A DNA stretch of 64,000 bases from Candidatus Saccharimonadota bacterium (GTDB lineage Bacteria; Patescibacteriota; Saccharimonadia; Saccharimonadales; Saccharimonadaceae): positions 12,284-76,283 of the forward strand of contig JAFUBM010000005.1 in assembly GCA_017460225.1 (NCBI GenBank). The letters are read 5' to 3'. Every line of letters starts with the position of its first letter. Positions within the stretch are counted from its first letter, which is position 1. Made by a program: the position numbers and the translations under genes. Of the stretch, positions 27,281 to 36,395 are shown in pieces. The notes beneath the pieces were generated by a model that searched no databases, had not been told where the DNA came from, and saw only the letters and a program-made list of their open reading frames with translations.

Positions 27281-28924
27281 CTAGTTCATTTTGTAAAAGT
27301 TGACGACTTCACTGTTAAACATCTTGTAGGAATAGACTAGGTCGTAGCTGGAAACATCGTTGTAGCGATAGACAGGGTTGGACAGATTGTAGACTATTTT
27401 ACCCTGTTCTAGATATTTTTCATAGGTATCGTTAGTGACGAGGACGATGCGCTGGCTCAGGCCGGGAGTAATATAGGTTTTCATATCGCCGATGACGACT
27501 TCGCCGAAGCCGGAGGCATAAAGGTAGAGCAAGCCGTCTTCGTTCTCCTCGAACTGACCGGAAGCGAGGAATTGTTTGATGGCGTCCTGGGAGGCAACGT
27601 TGTAGTAGTCGAGCTCATAGACGCCGGCTAGATTGCTGGTGCCGAGGAGGAGATTATAATAGGCGGTGTTGGCCATGCGGTATTTGAAGAGACAACAAAC
27701 GTTGTTTATGAGAGTGAGACAGATGATGACCGTCAGAATTAAGCTGGGCTTTGAGCGGTCTTTGAGCTGGAAGACGAGATAGCTGCCGACGATAAGCATC
27801 AAAGCGTAGAGGAAATAGAAGTGGCGCCAGCCATTGTAAAGGTTGGGGTTAGAGAGAATGGCAAAAAGGAACGGGACGAGAAACATGGCGAACACGAGCA
27901 AAAAAGCAAAATTGGTGAAGTCAAAGCGCTTTGTCTTGAGGCTACGGACTAGGTCGATGACGATGGCGACACTTGAGGCGACAAAGAGAGCGGAGATGAT
28001 GAGCGGGAGAGTGACCAAGATGAGCTTGGGAATATAATACCACGGGAGAGGATTTTCGCTGTGGCGGTGGATGACGCCCTCGAACATCACGGCGGTATTG
28101 GCGCTAAAATTAACGGCATTGCCGAGACAATACTGGACGTACTCGATTAAGGCGAAGTGGCCGTTACCCCAAATGGCGGGAGTCAGGGCGAAATACCAAC
28201 AAAGTACAGTGACGGCGGCGGTGAGCCCGCACAGAAAATTGTGCCGAGTCCATTCTTTTTTGATGGTTAAGTAACTGAGGTAGCCTAGACCAATGACACC
28301 GACAAAGAAAAGCCCGAGGATTTTGATGTTACAGACAAAGCCGCCGAAGAAGGCAAACAGTAATGCCCAGCGGAAGCGTTTTTCTTTGATGAAGCGGATG
28401 CCAAAGTAAATCATCGCCACAAGTAGCGACATAAACACGATGTCTTTGTTGTTGTGAAGACTGTCGACGAACATCCGAGGAGTGAGGTAGTAGAGGAGAG
28501 TCAGGAGGAGGGACAACTTTTTGCTCTTGAATAGATACCGTAAGAGTAGGTAGAAGAAAACGACACCGATAAAAGCGAGGCAGTAAGTGTAGAAATGCCA
28601 CAAAACGGAAGTGAGGTGCGGATACTTGGTTTTTAGGACGAGGATGGGAGCAAAAGGATAATAAGGAGCAATGCCGTGGTCACGGTTGGGGTCGACGCTG
28701 ATGGCGAGAATCTGCCGGTTGTGGATGGCGGTGGCGACTTCTTCAACATGAAAAGCTTCGGCGTAATCTTTGACGTTTGAGAGGAGGATGTTTTGCTCGG
28801 TGTTTTCGTCGAAATTGCCGTTGACTTGGGGGAGAAAATGGAGACCAAACATAAATAACGTGGCAAAAAAGAGGAGCGTGAGCAGCTTACTACTGTGCTT
28901 TTGGAAAAAACTAGACATAGACAA
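27281..28924 (-). CDS. GT-C fold polytopic membrane glycosyltransferase (PMT/ArnT-like)
   Basis: ~12 TMs; NNKDI, PWYYIP, YNGWRHFYF; SD GGAGG. Confidence 0.65.
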   Translation of the reverse strand: MSMSSFFQKHSSKLLTLLFFATLFMFGLHFLPQVNGNFDENTEQNILLSNVKDYAEAFHVEEVATAIHNRQILAISVDPNRDHGIAPYYPFAPILVLKTKYPHLTSVLWHFYTYCLAFIGVVFFYLLLRYLFKSKKLSLLLTLLYYLTPRMFVDSLHNNKDIVFMSLLVAMIYFGIRFIKEKRFRWALLFAFFGGFVCNIKILGLFFVGVIGLGYLSYLTIKKEWTRHNFLCGLTAAVTVLCWYFALTPAIWGNGHFALIEYVQYCLGNAVNFSANTAVMFEGVIHRHSENPLPWYYIPKLILVTLPLIISALFVASSVAIVIDLVRSLKTKRFDFTNFAFLLVFAMFLVPFLFAILSNPNLYNGWRHFYFLYALMLIVGSYLVFQLKDRSKPSLILTVIICLTLINNVCCLFKYRMANTAYYNLLLGTSNLAGVYELDYYNVASQDAIKQFLASGQFEENEDGLLYLYASGFGEVVIGDMKTYITPGLSQRIVLVTNDTYEKYLEQGKIVYNLSNPVYRYNDVSSYDLVYSYKMFNSEVVNFYKMN

Positions 28925-28965
28925 CCTCCGTTTAGGTTTGGTACTGAGACTATTATAGCATAGTC

Positions 28966-30501
28966 CTAGAGGTTCTGCGCAAAGAACATCGTAACGGCAA
29001 GCAAGTTGGTAGTAAGAGAGTAACAGACGATAGTGTTGAGTGAAACCAACGATGGACGAGAGACGGCGGTGGATTTGGAGCGGGCATAGGGAGCGATAGT
29101 GAGCGGGATGAGCAGAATGATAGGCAAGAAGTAGCGTCCCTGGACGCCGTCAACAAAAGGCAAATTGACGGGGCTCCACTGAATATAGATGCTAGTAAAG
29201 ACGAGGAGCGCGACTAGGCAAAAGACGCCGCCAAAGACCAGACGTTCAAACGGAGTGATTTTGATCGCCTCGTCGCGTTGAGCGAGCAAGAGGACGAGCA
29301 AGACAAAAGACAGGAAGAAGAAGATAGTGGGAAGGTTAAAGGTGAAAGAGCCAAGATTGATACCGAGCAACGACGTGAGGTAGAACTCGCCCATGGTGTT
29401 TAGGCTATTAAATAATACCATGAGATAGCGAAGCGGGTTGTGCAAGATGCCGGCAAGCTGCTCTCCGGGATTGACGCCAGCGTTAAATTCAACGAGGAAC
29501 CTTGAAGAAGTGGCGAGCCAACTGAGATTAAGGACGAGCAAAGCTATGATGAGGATGGAAGCATGAATCCACTTGGCACGCGGAGAACCAAACCTTTTTG
29601 CGGGAATGAGAAGATAAAGCGCGACGAGCGGGAGATAAACAATTTTACAGTAGCCAACAAGGATGGCTACGAGATAAAGCAGAGCAATCTCCAGGGGTTT
29701 GAGGCGGGTTTGGCGAGTGTAGATTAGGTAACAGACATAAGACGTAAGGAAGAGGCCTAGACCAATCGCCAGAGCGTCGGGGGCGAGAGAGGTGGCTTCT
29801 TGGAGCGTGATGGGGAGGAGTGAAAAGAAGAGGAGGAGCTGCTTAAACTTCGGGGTGAGTTTGATGGAAAAATATATCAGAACGAGCCAGACGATAAAAT
29901 CGACAATCTCGGCAAAATAAGCGATTAGCTCGAGCGAGGCACCGACAGCTTTGCCAAAAAGTACGCCAATAACCTGCGGAAGATAGCTGAGCCAATAGTA
30001 AAGCGCGGTGTTGTTGAACGGAACATAGCTGGTTTCGCTAGAGACCGGCTCGCTTAATCTCTCAATCACGGTGGCATAAGCACCGTGTTCCGGCGTCTCT
30101 ACTAAGGAAGTCTGGAAGCCGGAAGGTAATTTAGCGCCGGCGTGACCAAAATCGTCATAAGTCTCAGCGATAAAATAGCCTTCCGTGATAGAATAGGCAC
30201 GTTTGAAGTGCATGATTTCGTCGGGGGACTCGCCGGGCGGGAGAAAGATAATAAATAAAACGCCGAGAGGGATGGCGAGCAGGAGAAAAATCTTTTCTAG
30301 CGGGACTTGCTTGCGCCGCAGATAAAAGAACGCCCATAGAATACCCAGATATAATAAAGCTATGATAATCAAGATGATGAGAGAGTGCGGGATTGAGTTG
30401 GTAGACAGGACGTGCCGGGTCGACATGGCAAGCAGAGCGCCGCAGAACAAAATCAAATACAGATTGGGATTTTTTAGTAGGGCGAGGAGTTTGGTTTTCA
30501 T
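28966..30501 (-). CDS. DUF2142-like polytopic membrane protein (predicted GT-C)
   Basis: SPDEIMHFKRAY, CKIVY, GVQGRYFLP. Confidence 0.75.
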   Translation of the reverse strand: MKTKLLALLKNPNLYLILFCGALLAMSTRHVLSTNSIPHSLIILIIIALLYLGILWAFFYLRRKQVPLEKIFLLLAIPLGVLFIIFLPPGESPDEIMHFKRAYSITEGYFIAETYDDFGHAGAKLPSGFQTSLVETPEHGAYATVIERLSEPVSSETSYVPFNNTALYYWLSYLPQVIGVLFGKAVGASLELIAYFAEIVDFIVWLVLIYFSIKLTPKFKQLLLFFSLLPITLQEATSLAPDALAIGLGLFLTSYVCYLIYTRQTRLKPLEIALLYLVAILVGYCKIVYLPLVALYLLIPAKRFGSPRAKWIHASILIIALLVLNLSWLATSSRFLVEFNAGVNPGEQLAGILHNPLRYLMVLFNSLNTMGEFYLTSLLGINLGSFTFNLPTIFFFLSFVLLVLLLAQRDEAIKITPFERLVFGGVFCLVALLVFTSIYIQWSPVNLPFVDGVQGRYFLPIILLIPLTIAPYARSKSTAVSRPSLVSLNTIVCYSLTTNLLAVTMFFAQNL

Positions 30502-30505
30502 AAAA

Positions 30506-31492
30506 CTATTTTAACACACTCGCGAGGCGTTGCTCTTCTTGATCGATGGCGGCGAGAGTCGCTTCGGGCAGAGGGTATTCTTCTGCGAGAAGACGATGAA
30601 TAAACTTAACTTCGCCGAGAAGCTTGGCGGATTTTTGGGACTGGGCGGTAGCGGAGGAGCCGTGGAGGCGGAAAAAGTTGAGCGCGGCGGCGGAATAGGC
30701 GAGCTGACCATGGCGGAGGACTTGGAGATAAAAATACCAGTCGCCGACTTGGCGGAACTTTTTGGCTTCGGAAAGATACTTATCGAAAGGAATCTTCTGG
30801 CCGAGGCGAAAGATGACGGAGGAGACGTTAGGGATTTCGCAGTTGACAGCGAAAAAACGAAGGATCTCTTCCCTGCCGTCGGCGACGAAGTCTTTAGTAA
30901 AGTGGCCGGAGCGTTGTTTGTCGACGGAGCGAGTTTGGAAATCGTGCGTTAGAACCGAGCCGAAGCGGTTGATGGCGACGGAGTTGGCAAAACTCATAAC
31001 GACTTCTGGGTGCTTGAACTTTTGCATGGCGGTAGCGAGGAAAGTGGGGGCGGAAAGATCATCGGCTTCGGCGAGCCAAAGAAAATCGCCGGAAGCAAGC
31101 GAGAAAGCCTTTTGCCATTGGTTGATGGATTTGCCAGAGTTCTGGGCGCTGGGGAGGAACTTGATGGAAGTGCCGGGAAATTGAGCACGGAGCTTAGGGA
31201 GAAGCTTTTCGAGATAGCTTTGCGAGCCATCGGTTGAGGCGTCGTCGAGAATGATGAGCTCGAAAACTGGGTAAGTTTGGCGAAGAATCGAGAGAAGACG
31301 GCGCTTGAGGTATCTTTTGTAATTATAGTTTGGAACGACGACGGAAACCTTTGCTGGGGATTTAGGGACCTGGGGCGCGGCGGCCGGAAGGCGACGGAGA
31401 CGCGGAGCAAAGGGGTGAGTAAAGAAAGTGTAGAGAGCGGGGATGAGGATGGAGCGTTTGAGGAAAACTTTGAATTTGTTAGGCGAGCGCAT
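30506..31492 (-). CDS. GT2 glycosyltransferase
   Basis: VVPNYNY, LDDASTDGS, EADD, GDWYFY. Start moved to ATG 31492, which overlaps the upstream stop. Confidence 0.88.
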   Translation of the reverse strand: MRSPNKFKVFLKRSILIPALYTFFTHPFAPRLRRLPAAAPQVPKSPAKVSVVVPNYNYKRYLKRRLLSILRQTYPVFELIILDDASTDGSQSYLEKLLPKLRAQFPGTSIKFLPSAQNSGKSINQWQKAFSLASGDFLWLAEADDLSAPTFLATAMQKFKHPEVVMSFANSVAINRFGSVLTHDFQTRSVDKQRSGHFTKDFVADGREEILRFFAVNCEIPNVSSVIFRLGQKIPFDKYLSEAKKFRQVGDWYFYLQVLRHGQLAYSAAALNFFRLHGSSATAQSQKSAKLLGEVKFIHRLLAEEYPLPEATLAAIDQEEQRLASVLK

Positions 31493-32543
31493 TGTAGGCT
31501 CCTTCGACTGCGGTGAGATAATTTTTGCCGTAGTAGGTTTTGAGACAATACTCCTTGGCGGCGAGAGCGATTTTTCTAGATTGGTCGGGATGGGTGTAAA
31601 GAAACTCGAGCTTAGTGGACCATTCATCGGGACGAGCGAGGAGGCCGGTTTTGCCGTCTTTGATAGCGTGAGAAAAAGTGAAGCTGGGGGAGGCGATGGT
31701 TGGGGTCTCGACGATGGCAGCTTCAAAGAACTTGAGCTCGGACTTGCAGTTGGTAAAATCATTGACGACGAGAGGAGCGAGGTTGACGTCGACGGCGGCG
31801 ATTTTTTCCTGGAGCTTCTCAAAATCGACGGGCGGTTCAAACGTGATACGTTTGGCGTCAATCAGGCGTTTGGCGCGAGGAGAGAAATCCATATAGCCAA
31901 CAACCTTGAGTTTGGCGTCGGAATGGGCCTCGAGAAAGCGTAAGACGGCCGGCTCGATGAGACGGAAATCCTTAGCGTGGGTTGGGGAGCCGGAGAAGTA
32001 GCCGAGCGAAAAACCGGAGTGGGGCTTTTGGCTTTTAAGAGCGTGCTCAGAAGCGTGGAGCTGAGCGGTGTTGAGGGAGTTGGGAATGACGGCAACGGGC
32101 CGCTTGAACGTGCGCTGGAGTTTTTGCGCTAAAAAGTCGTTGGTAGTAAGGAAGCCGTCGACACGCTTAGCGATCCGGCGGATACCCCAAAAATACCCGA
32201 GCCAATAAGCAACGTTTTTGCTGTTGGTGGAGCGCATGAGGAGCGGGAGGTCGCGATAGTCGAAAATTAAATCGTCGAGGTCAAAAATGGCTTTGGCGCC
32301 AAGGCGCTTAGCCTCGGCAATAAGGTCGAGTACGAGACGGTCTTTGGCGGTCTGGCGCTCGATGATGAGGAGACTGGCGGACGGAAGTTTGCTGCGGAGT
32401 TTGATGAGCTCAGACTTAGAAAAGTACTGCACGTGCCAGGTTTGACTCTTGGCGCAGGCGACGGAGGGGTTTAGGACACGATAGCGGAACTGGGCGGAGG
32501 CGGAATCTTCGTAGAGATAAAGAGCGAGGCGAGGGCTAGTCAT
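31479..32543 (-). CDS. GT-B (GT4-like) glycosyltransferase
   Basis: RYRV, FDLDD, GYFSGSPTH, KSELKFFEA. Start moved to 32543. Confidence 0.8.
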   Translation of the reverse strand: MTSPRLALYLYEDSASAQFRYRVLNPSVACAKSQTWHVQYFSKSELIKLRSKLPSASLLIIERQTAKDRLVLDLIAEAKRLGAKAIFDLDDLIFDYRDLPLLMRSTNSKNVAYWLGYFWGIRRIAKRVDGFLTTNDFLAQKLQRTFKRPVAVIPNSLNTAQLHASEHALKSQKPHSGFSLGYFSGSPTHAKDFRLIEPAVLRFLEAHSDAKLKVVGYMDFSPRAKRLIDAKRITFEPPVDFEKLQEKIAAVDVNLAPLVVNDFTNCKSELKFFEAAIVETPTIASPSFTFSHAIKDGKTGLLARPDEWSTKLEFLYTHPDQSRKIALAAKEYCLKTYYGKNYLTAVEGAYNALA

Positions 32544-34716
32544 AGAACTTAATAATCCGGTCTTCGAGATGTTGCCAATCGCGGGAGTGGACGGTAATTT
32601 TGGCGCCGGTTGCGAGGCGCTGACGGAGGGCTTTGTCTTCGACGAGGCGGTTGATTTGAGCGACGGCAGAGTCGAGATTTCCCTGCTCGTAGAGGAGACA
32701 GTTGTCGCCGTCGGCAAGATATTCGGCATTGCCTTCGTTGGGCGCGACAACGGCAAAACCGCCGGTGGCCATCATCTCTAGCGGGGGGTAAGAAAAGCTT
32801 TCTAGGAGACTGGATTTGAGTAAGATGTCGCAAGAGGCATAGACTTCATGAACTTTGTCGGCGGGGACTTTGTGATGGAAATGGTCAACATGATACCAAG
32901 ACTTAGGCTCACCTTCGTAAGAGAGGTAGTGAATCTCAAACTTTGAGAGGTCAAGCCGCTCGACGACGCGAAAACTCTCGTCGACATTTTTGTAATAGTC
33001 AGCGGAGTTGCCCTCGACGAGGAGTTTGATCTTCTTCCCTCTGAAGGAGCGTTCATGGAACTTGAATCGAGAAAGGTCGAGACCGTTTGGAACGTATTTA
33101 GCGGATTGGCCAAAATCGTCTTTGAGCCAATTTTTGCACCATTCGGAAATAGTGAGATACTGGAGAGTACCGGCGGGAGAACAGTAAGTAGAGTTGGCGA
33201 CAAAGCGCGCGGGATTCCCGGGTTCGGCAAAGCCAGTCTCGAAGTTTTGGACGAGATAGGCGCGCTGGTTGACGCTAGGATAGGACTTGACAAAATTAGT
33301 GGTGGTCCAGAGAGTAGCCACGAGGGTGTCGAAGTGGGCGACGAAATCATGAACGACAGAAGAGACGACATTGAGTTCGCCGTCGGAGTTTTTGATGTTG
33401 TCGGAAGGTTTGGCTTCGGAAATCAAGGTAACGTCAAAACCGTGGTTGCGTAAAATGTTGGAATGTTTAATAACGACGTTGACGCCGCCAGAGACGTTGG
33501 TAGTGGGGAGGACAAAACCGATATTTTTGGCGAGATGGGACTCGATGTAGGCGGAGAGGTCACGGCCGGAGTAGGTAGTGACGTAGCGTTTGGAAGCGAG
33601 GCGATTAGCGCGAGCGACAATCGCGGCGACTTCAGCGGGAGACTCGAGCGCAAACTTGAGCTTCTCGTACCAATCGTCGGGAGTCTTGGCAAGGAGACCG
33701 GTTTTGCCGTCTTCGATGACTTCGGAGAAAGCGCCGAGGTCGGAAGCGATAGTTAAGGTGTTGACGAGGGCAGCTTCAGTCCATTTGTTCTCAGACTTGG
33801 CTTCGTTAAAAATTGAGGGCGCGAGCGGAGCGAGGTTGACATCGAGGTCGGCGATAATCTTGGGGAGCTTGCGCCAATCGGAAAACTTTTTCTTGATGAT
33901 GCGGCGCTTGAAAGGCTCGAACTCCTCAGGAAGGTCGAGATAGCCCATGACTTCGAGATAGACGTTGCTATGTTCAGACATCAAGCGCAAGATGGCGGGC
34001 TTAATCAAGTCGAAGTCAGGGTTGTGGGTGATGCTGCCGGAGAGGTAGCCGATAATAAACTTTTCTGGGTGCGGCTGGACAGCGGAGATGGCGTCGAGGG
34101 AGAGCTTGAGCATTTCTTCGCTGGCGACGTTGCGGTTGATCAGGACGGGTTTTTGATAGTTTTCGGAAAGCTCGCGGGCGAGAGCGGAAGTGGAGGTGAT
34201 GAGACAATCGCAAAGCTTCAGGGTCTTTTCCATGCGAATGACGCCGTCGTCATACTCGGCCTTGTCTTCCCGATCCATGGCGGCGACATAGGGGATTTGG
34301 TTGGTGTAGCGGCGATGAATGACGAGATCGTCGATGTCGAAAAAGCAGGTTTTGTTGAAATAATGCGCTTGGTTGATAAGGGCTTCGACTTCGTCAGTGA
34401 TGGGACAGTGGAAGAAAACAAAACCCCGATAGAACTTTAGGACGGAAGGATCGAGATTGTCATAGAAGACCTTGTCGCAAGAAAAACCGCGCGCCTCAAG
34501 CTGCTCGATTTGGTGGTCGACACGATAGCGGGCGGGATGAGGTAAACCACAGCCGTTAATAAACAATAAATCTTTGACGACGAGATTGTCTTTTGTGGCG
34601 GATTTGCTGGCGACGTAGTTTTTGGTCTTGCGGACGAGAGAACTGACGCCTTCGTTTTTGAGCGTCCAAACGACTTTTCTGGGGAGAGAGATACGAGATT
34701 TTTTCTGTTTAGCCAT
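32536..34716 (-). CDS. Two-domain GT-B glycosyltransferase; C-terminal domain WsaF-like (rhamnosyltransferase)
   Basis: Domain 1: RYRV, FDIDD, GYLSGSITH, KSENKWTEA. Domain 2: SGGVNV, YLVQNFETGF, ESFSYPPLEMMA. Confidence 0.8.
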   Translation of the reverse strand: MAKQKKSRISLPRKVVWTLKNEGVSSLVRKTKNYVASKSATKDNLVVKDLLFINGCGLPHPARYRVDHQIEQLEARGFSCDKVFYDNLDPSVLKFYRGFVFFHCPITDEVEALINQAHYFNKTCFFDIDDLVIHRRYTNQIPYVAAMDREDKAEYDDGVIRMEKTLKLCDCLITSTSALARELSENYQKPVLINRNVASEEMLKLSLDAISAVQPHPEKFIIGYLSGSITHNPDFDLIKPAILRLMSEHSNVYLEVMGYLDLPEEFEPFKRRIIKKKFSDWRKLPKIIADLDVNLAPLAPSIFNEAKSENKWTEAALVNTLTIASDLGAFSEVIEDGKTGLLAKTPDDWYEKLKFALESPAEVAAIVARANRLASKRYVTTYSGRDLSAYIESHLAKNIGFVLPTTNVSGGVNVVIKHSNILRNHGFDVTLISEAKPSDNIKNSDGELNVVSSVVHDFVAHFDTLVATLWTTTNFVKSYPSVNQRAYLVQNFETGFAEPGNPARFVANSTYCSPAGTLQYLTISEWCKNWLKDDFGQSAKYVPNGLDLSRFKFHERSFRGKKIKLLVEGNSADYYKNVDESFRVVERLDLSKFEIHYLSYEGEPKSWYHVDHFHHKVPADKVHEVYASCDILLKSSLLESFSYPPLEMMATGGFAVVAPNEGNAEYLADGDNCLLYEQGNLDSAVAQINRLVEDKALRQRLATGAKITVHSRDWQHLEDRIIKFYD

Positions 34717-34744
34717 AGATATATTTTACCATATATCGGGCGGA

Positions 34745-35176
34745 TTAGGCGTTTTCGGGCTGTTTTCTTAGGTCGTTGCGGATTTGAGTAGAAGAGATGC
34801 CTTTTGTATATGGTAGATACACTACGGTTACGCCTAGCTCATTCATGGTTTTTTCGAGATTATTATAATAATCTTTGCCCTTGTGGTCTTCACTGATAAA
34901 CAAAATGTTGAAGCCGTACTTTTTTAGAGCGCCAAAATCTCTGTCTTCGTCGGAAAGTTCGGCACGATCAACGTATTTGATGGCGCGGACGACGGCGAGG
35001 CGATTGGCCTCTCCTATGATGGGGTACTTGTTTTTTTGCTTGTACATGATTTCGTCCGGAGTGACGTCGACGATTAGATAATCGCAACGCTTTTTGGCTT
35101 CGCGAATGTAATTAAGATGGCCGATATGGAAGAGATCCCAACAGCCACCGAGATAACCGATTTTAACTTTTGACAT
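34745..35176 (-). CDS. Cytidylyltransferase (TagD-like)
   Basis: GCWDLFHIGHLN (HIGH motif), YLPYTKGISST. Confidence 0.88.
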   Translation of the reverse strand: MSKVKIGYLGGCWDLFHIGHLNYIREAKKRCDYLIVDVTPDEIMYKQKNKYPIIGEANRLAVVRAIKYVDRAELSDEDRDFGALKKYGFNILFISEDHKGKDYYNNLEKTMNELGVTVVYLPYTKGISSTQIRNDLRKQPENA

Positions 35177-36359
35177 GGCGAATTTTCCCTTCTATTTGAT
35201 AAAGTTTCCGCGCTAGGCTAAACAGTTTGCCGTCTTCGTAGCCCTTGAGGATTTGGGCGCAATGTTCGATTTCTGCGTCTTTAGCTGCCACCATTTCGCG
35301 ACGAGATTTTGAGATTTCGTCATGGAAGATGACATAATCTTTGGCTTCTTGGCTGTTGAGGAAATAGTTGATGGCGTCTAGGTAACCCTTGGTGCCGGTG
35401 CGATAATTTTGAGGGAAAAGAATCTTGGCAAGATCACGTTGTTTTTTGATGAATTTTTCGCTTAGTGCTTTGTCGACGGCCGCCTTGACCTGGCTGATGT
35501 TGTCCGCGAAAGGAAGATAGCCGGCTTTGACTAGTTGGTACTGAGTCGTGCTAAGGTCTCCGTATTTGAAGTAGTTTAAATCGTGGGCAAAAACGGCGCA
35601 CGGAACGCCAGCATAAAGGGCTTCGCCGATGGCCGAGGAATTGCCAAAGAGACAAACGTCAGAATCCAGAATAAGCTCGCTTAGGCTAGTCTCTGGACCG
35701 TAGTATTCATCGGCTAAACTCTCAAGGACATCTTTCTTTTGTTGGTTGGTCTTTAAGTAGGCGATGCCGTGATGACTTTTGACGATGATGTGATAGTCGG
35801 ACTTAAGGATCTTGATAAGTTTTTGAAACTCCTCGGCTTTGTCTTGGTCATTAAAAGTCGGGGCGAAGAGAAGGCGCTTTTGGGCGGTTTTGGGCGCGCG
35901 GCGTTTTTTGCCATAGAAGCGGAGGTTGTCTACCGGGAAAGTCTTGCCGTAGCAAGAGAGGAGGGACGAGGTGACGGTGCTTTGGCAAAGGAAGCCATGG
36001 AAGCGCTCCATTTTGGTTGGAATGTAGGTTAGAATGGGTTTAGCGTTGAGGGTGCCGTATTCGTATTTTAGGTAGCATTTGGCCCGAATCGGGTCGTCGC
36101 TGTAAGGAGTTAGATAGATGTCAAAAACGCGGTTGGTGAGATTTTGGGAGAACTCCGGATGGAGCCCTTGACGTTTAAGCAGTTCTGTAACGTGGCTCGA
36201 TAGGCTTTCGTAGCCATCGTGGTTGGACTCAAAAGAGTCAAGAACGATCCTGACTTCCTTAAACGAACGCTTGAGCTCCTCTAGAAGCGGCTCAACCGTA
36301 AAAAACTGGACTTCGCTTTGGATGTTGATTGCTATACTTTTAGAGGAAGGTTTGGTCAT
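35163..36359 (-). CDS. CDP-glycerol/polyol phosphotransferase-like protein (TagF/TagB family)
   Basis: LLFAPTF, IVKSHH, DSDVCLFGNSS; coupled to the cytidylyltransferase. Confidence 0.6.
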   Translation of the reverse strand: MTKPSSKSIAINIQSEVQFFTVEPLLEELKRSFKEVRIVLDSFESNHDGYESLSSHVTELLKRQGLHPEFSQNLTNRVFDIYLTPYSDDPIRAKCYLKYEYGTLNAKPILTYIPTKMERFHGFLCQSTVTSSLLSCYGKTFPVDNLRFYGKKRRAPKTAQKRLLFAPTFNDQDKAEEFQKLIKILKSDYHIIVKSHHGIAYLKTNQQKKDVLESLADEYYGPETSLSELILDSDVCLFGNSSAIGEALYAGVPCAVFAHDLNYFKYGDLSTTQYQLVKAGYLPFADNISQVKAAVDKALSEKFIKKQRDLAKILFPQNYRTGTKGYLDAINYFLNSQEAKDYVIFHDEISKSRREMVAAKDAEIEHCAQILKGYEDGKLFSLARKLYQIEGKIRHVKS

Positions 36360-36395
36360 TAATGATTATATTATAGCATATTTTTAAGATTGCTA

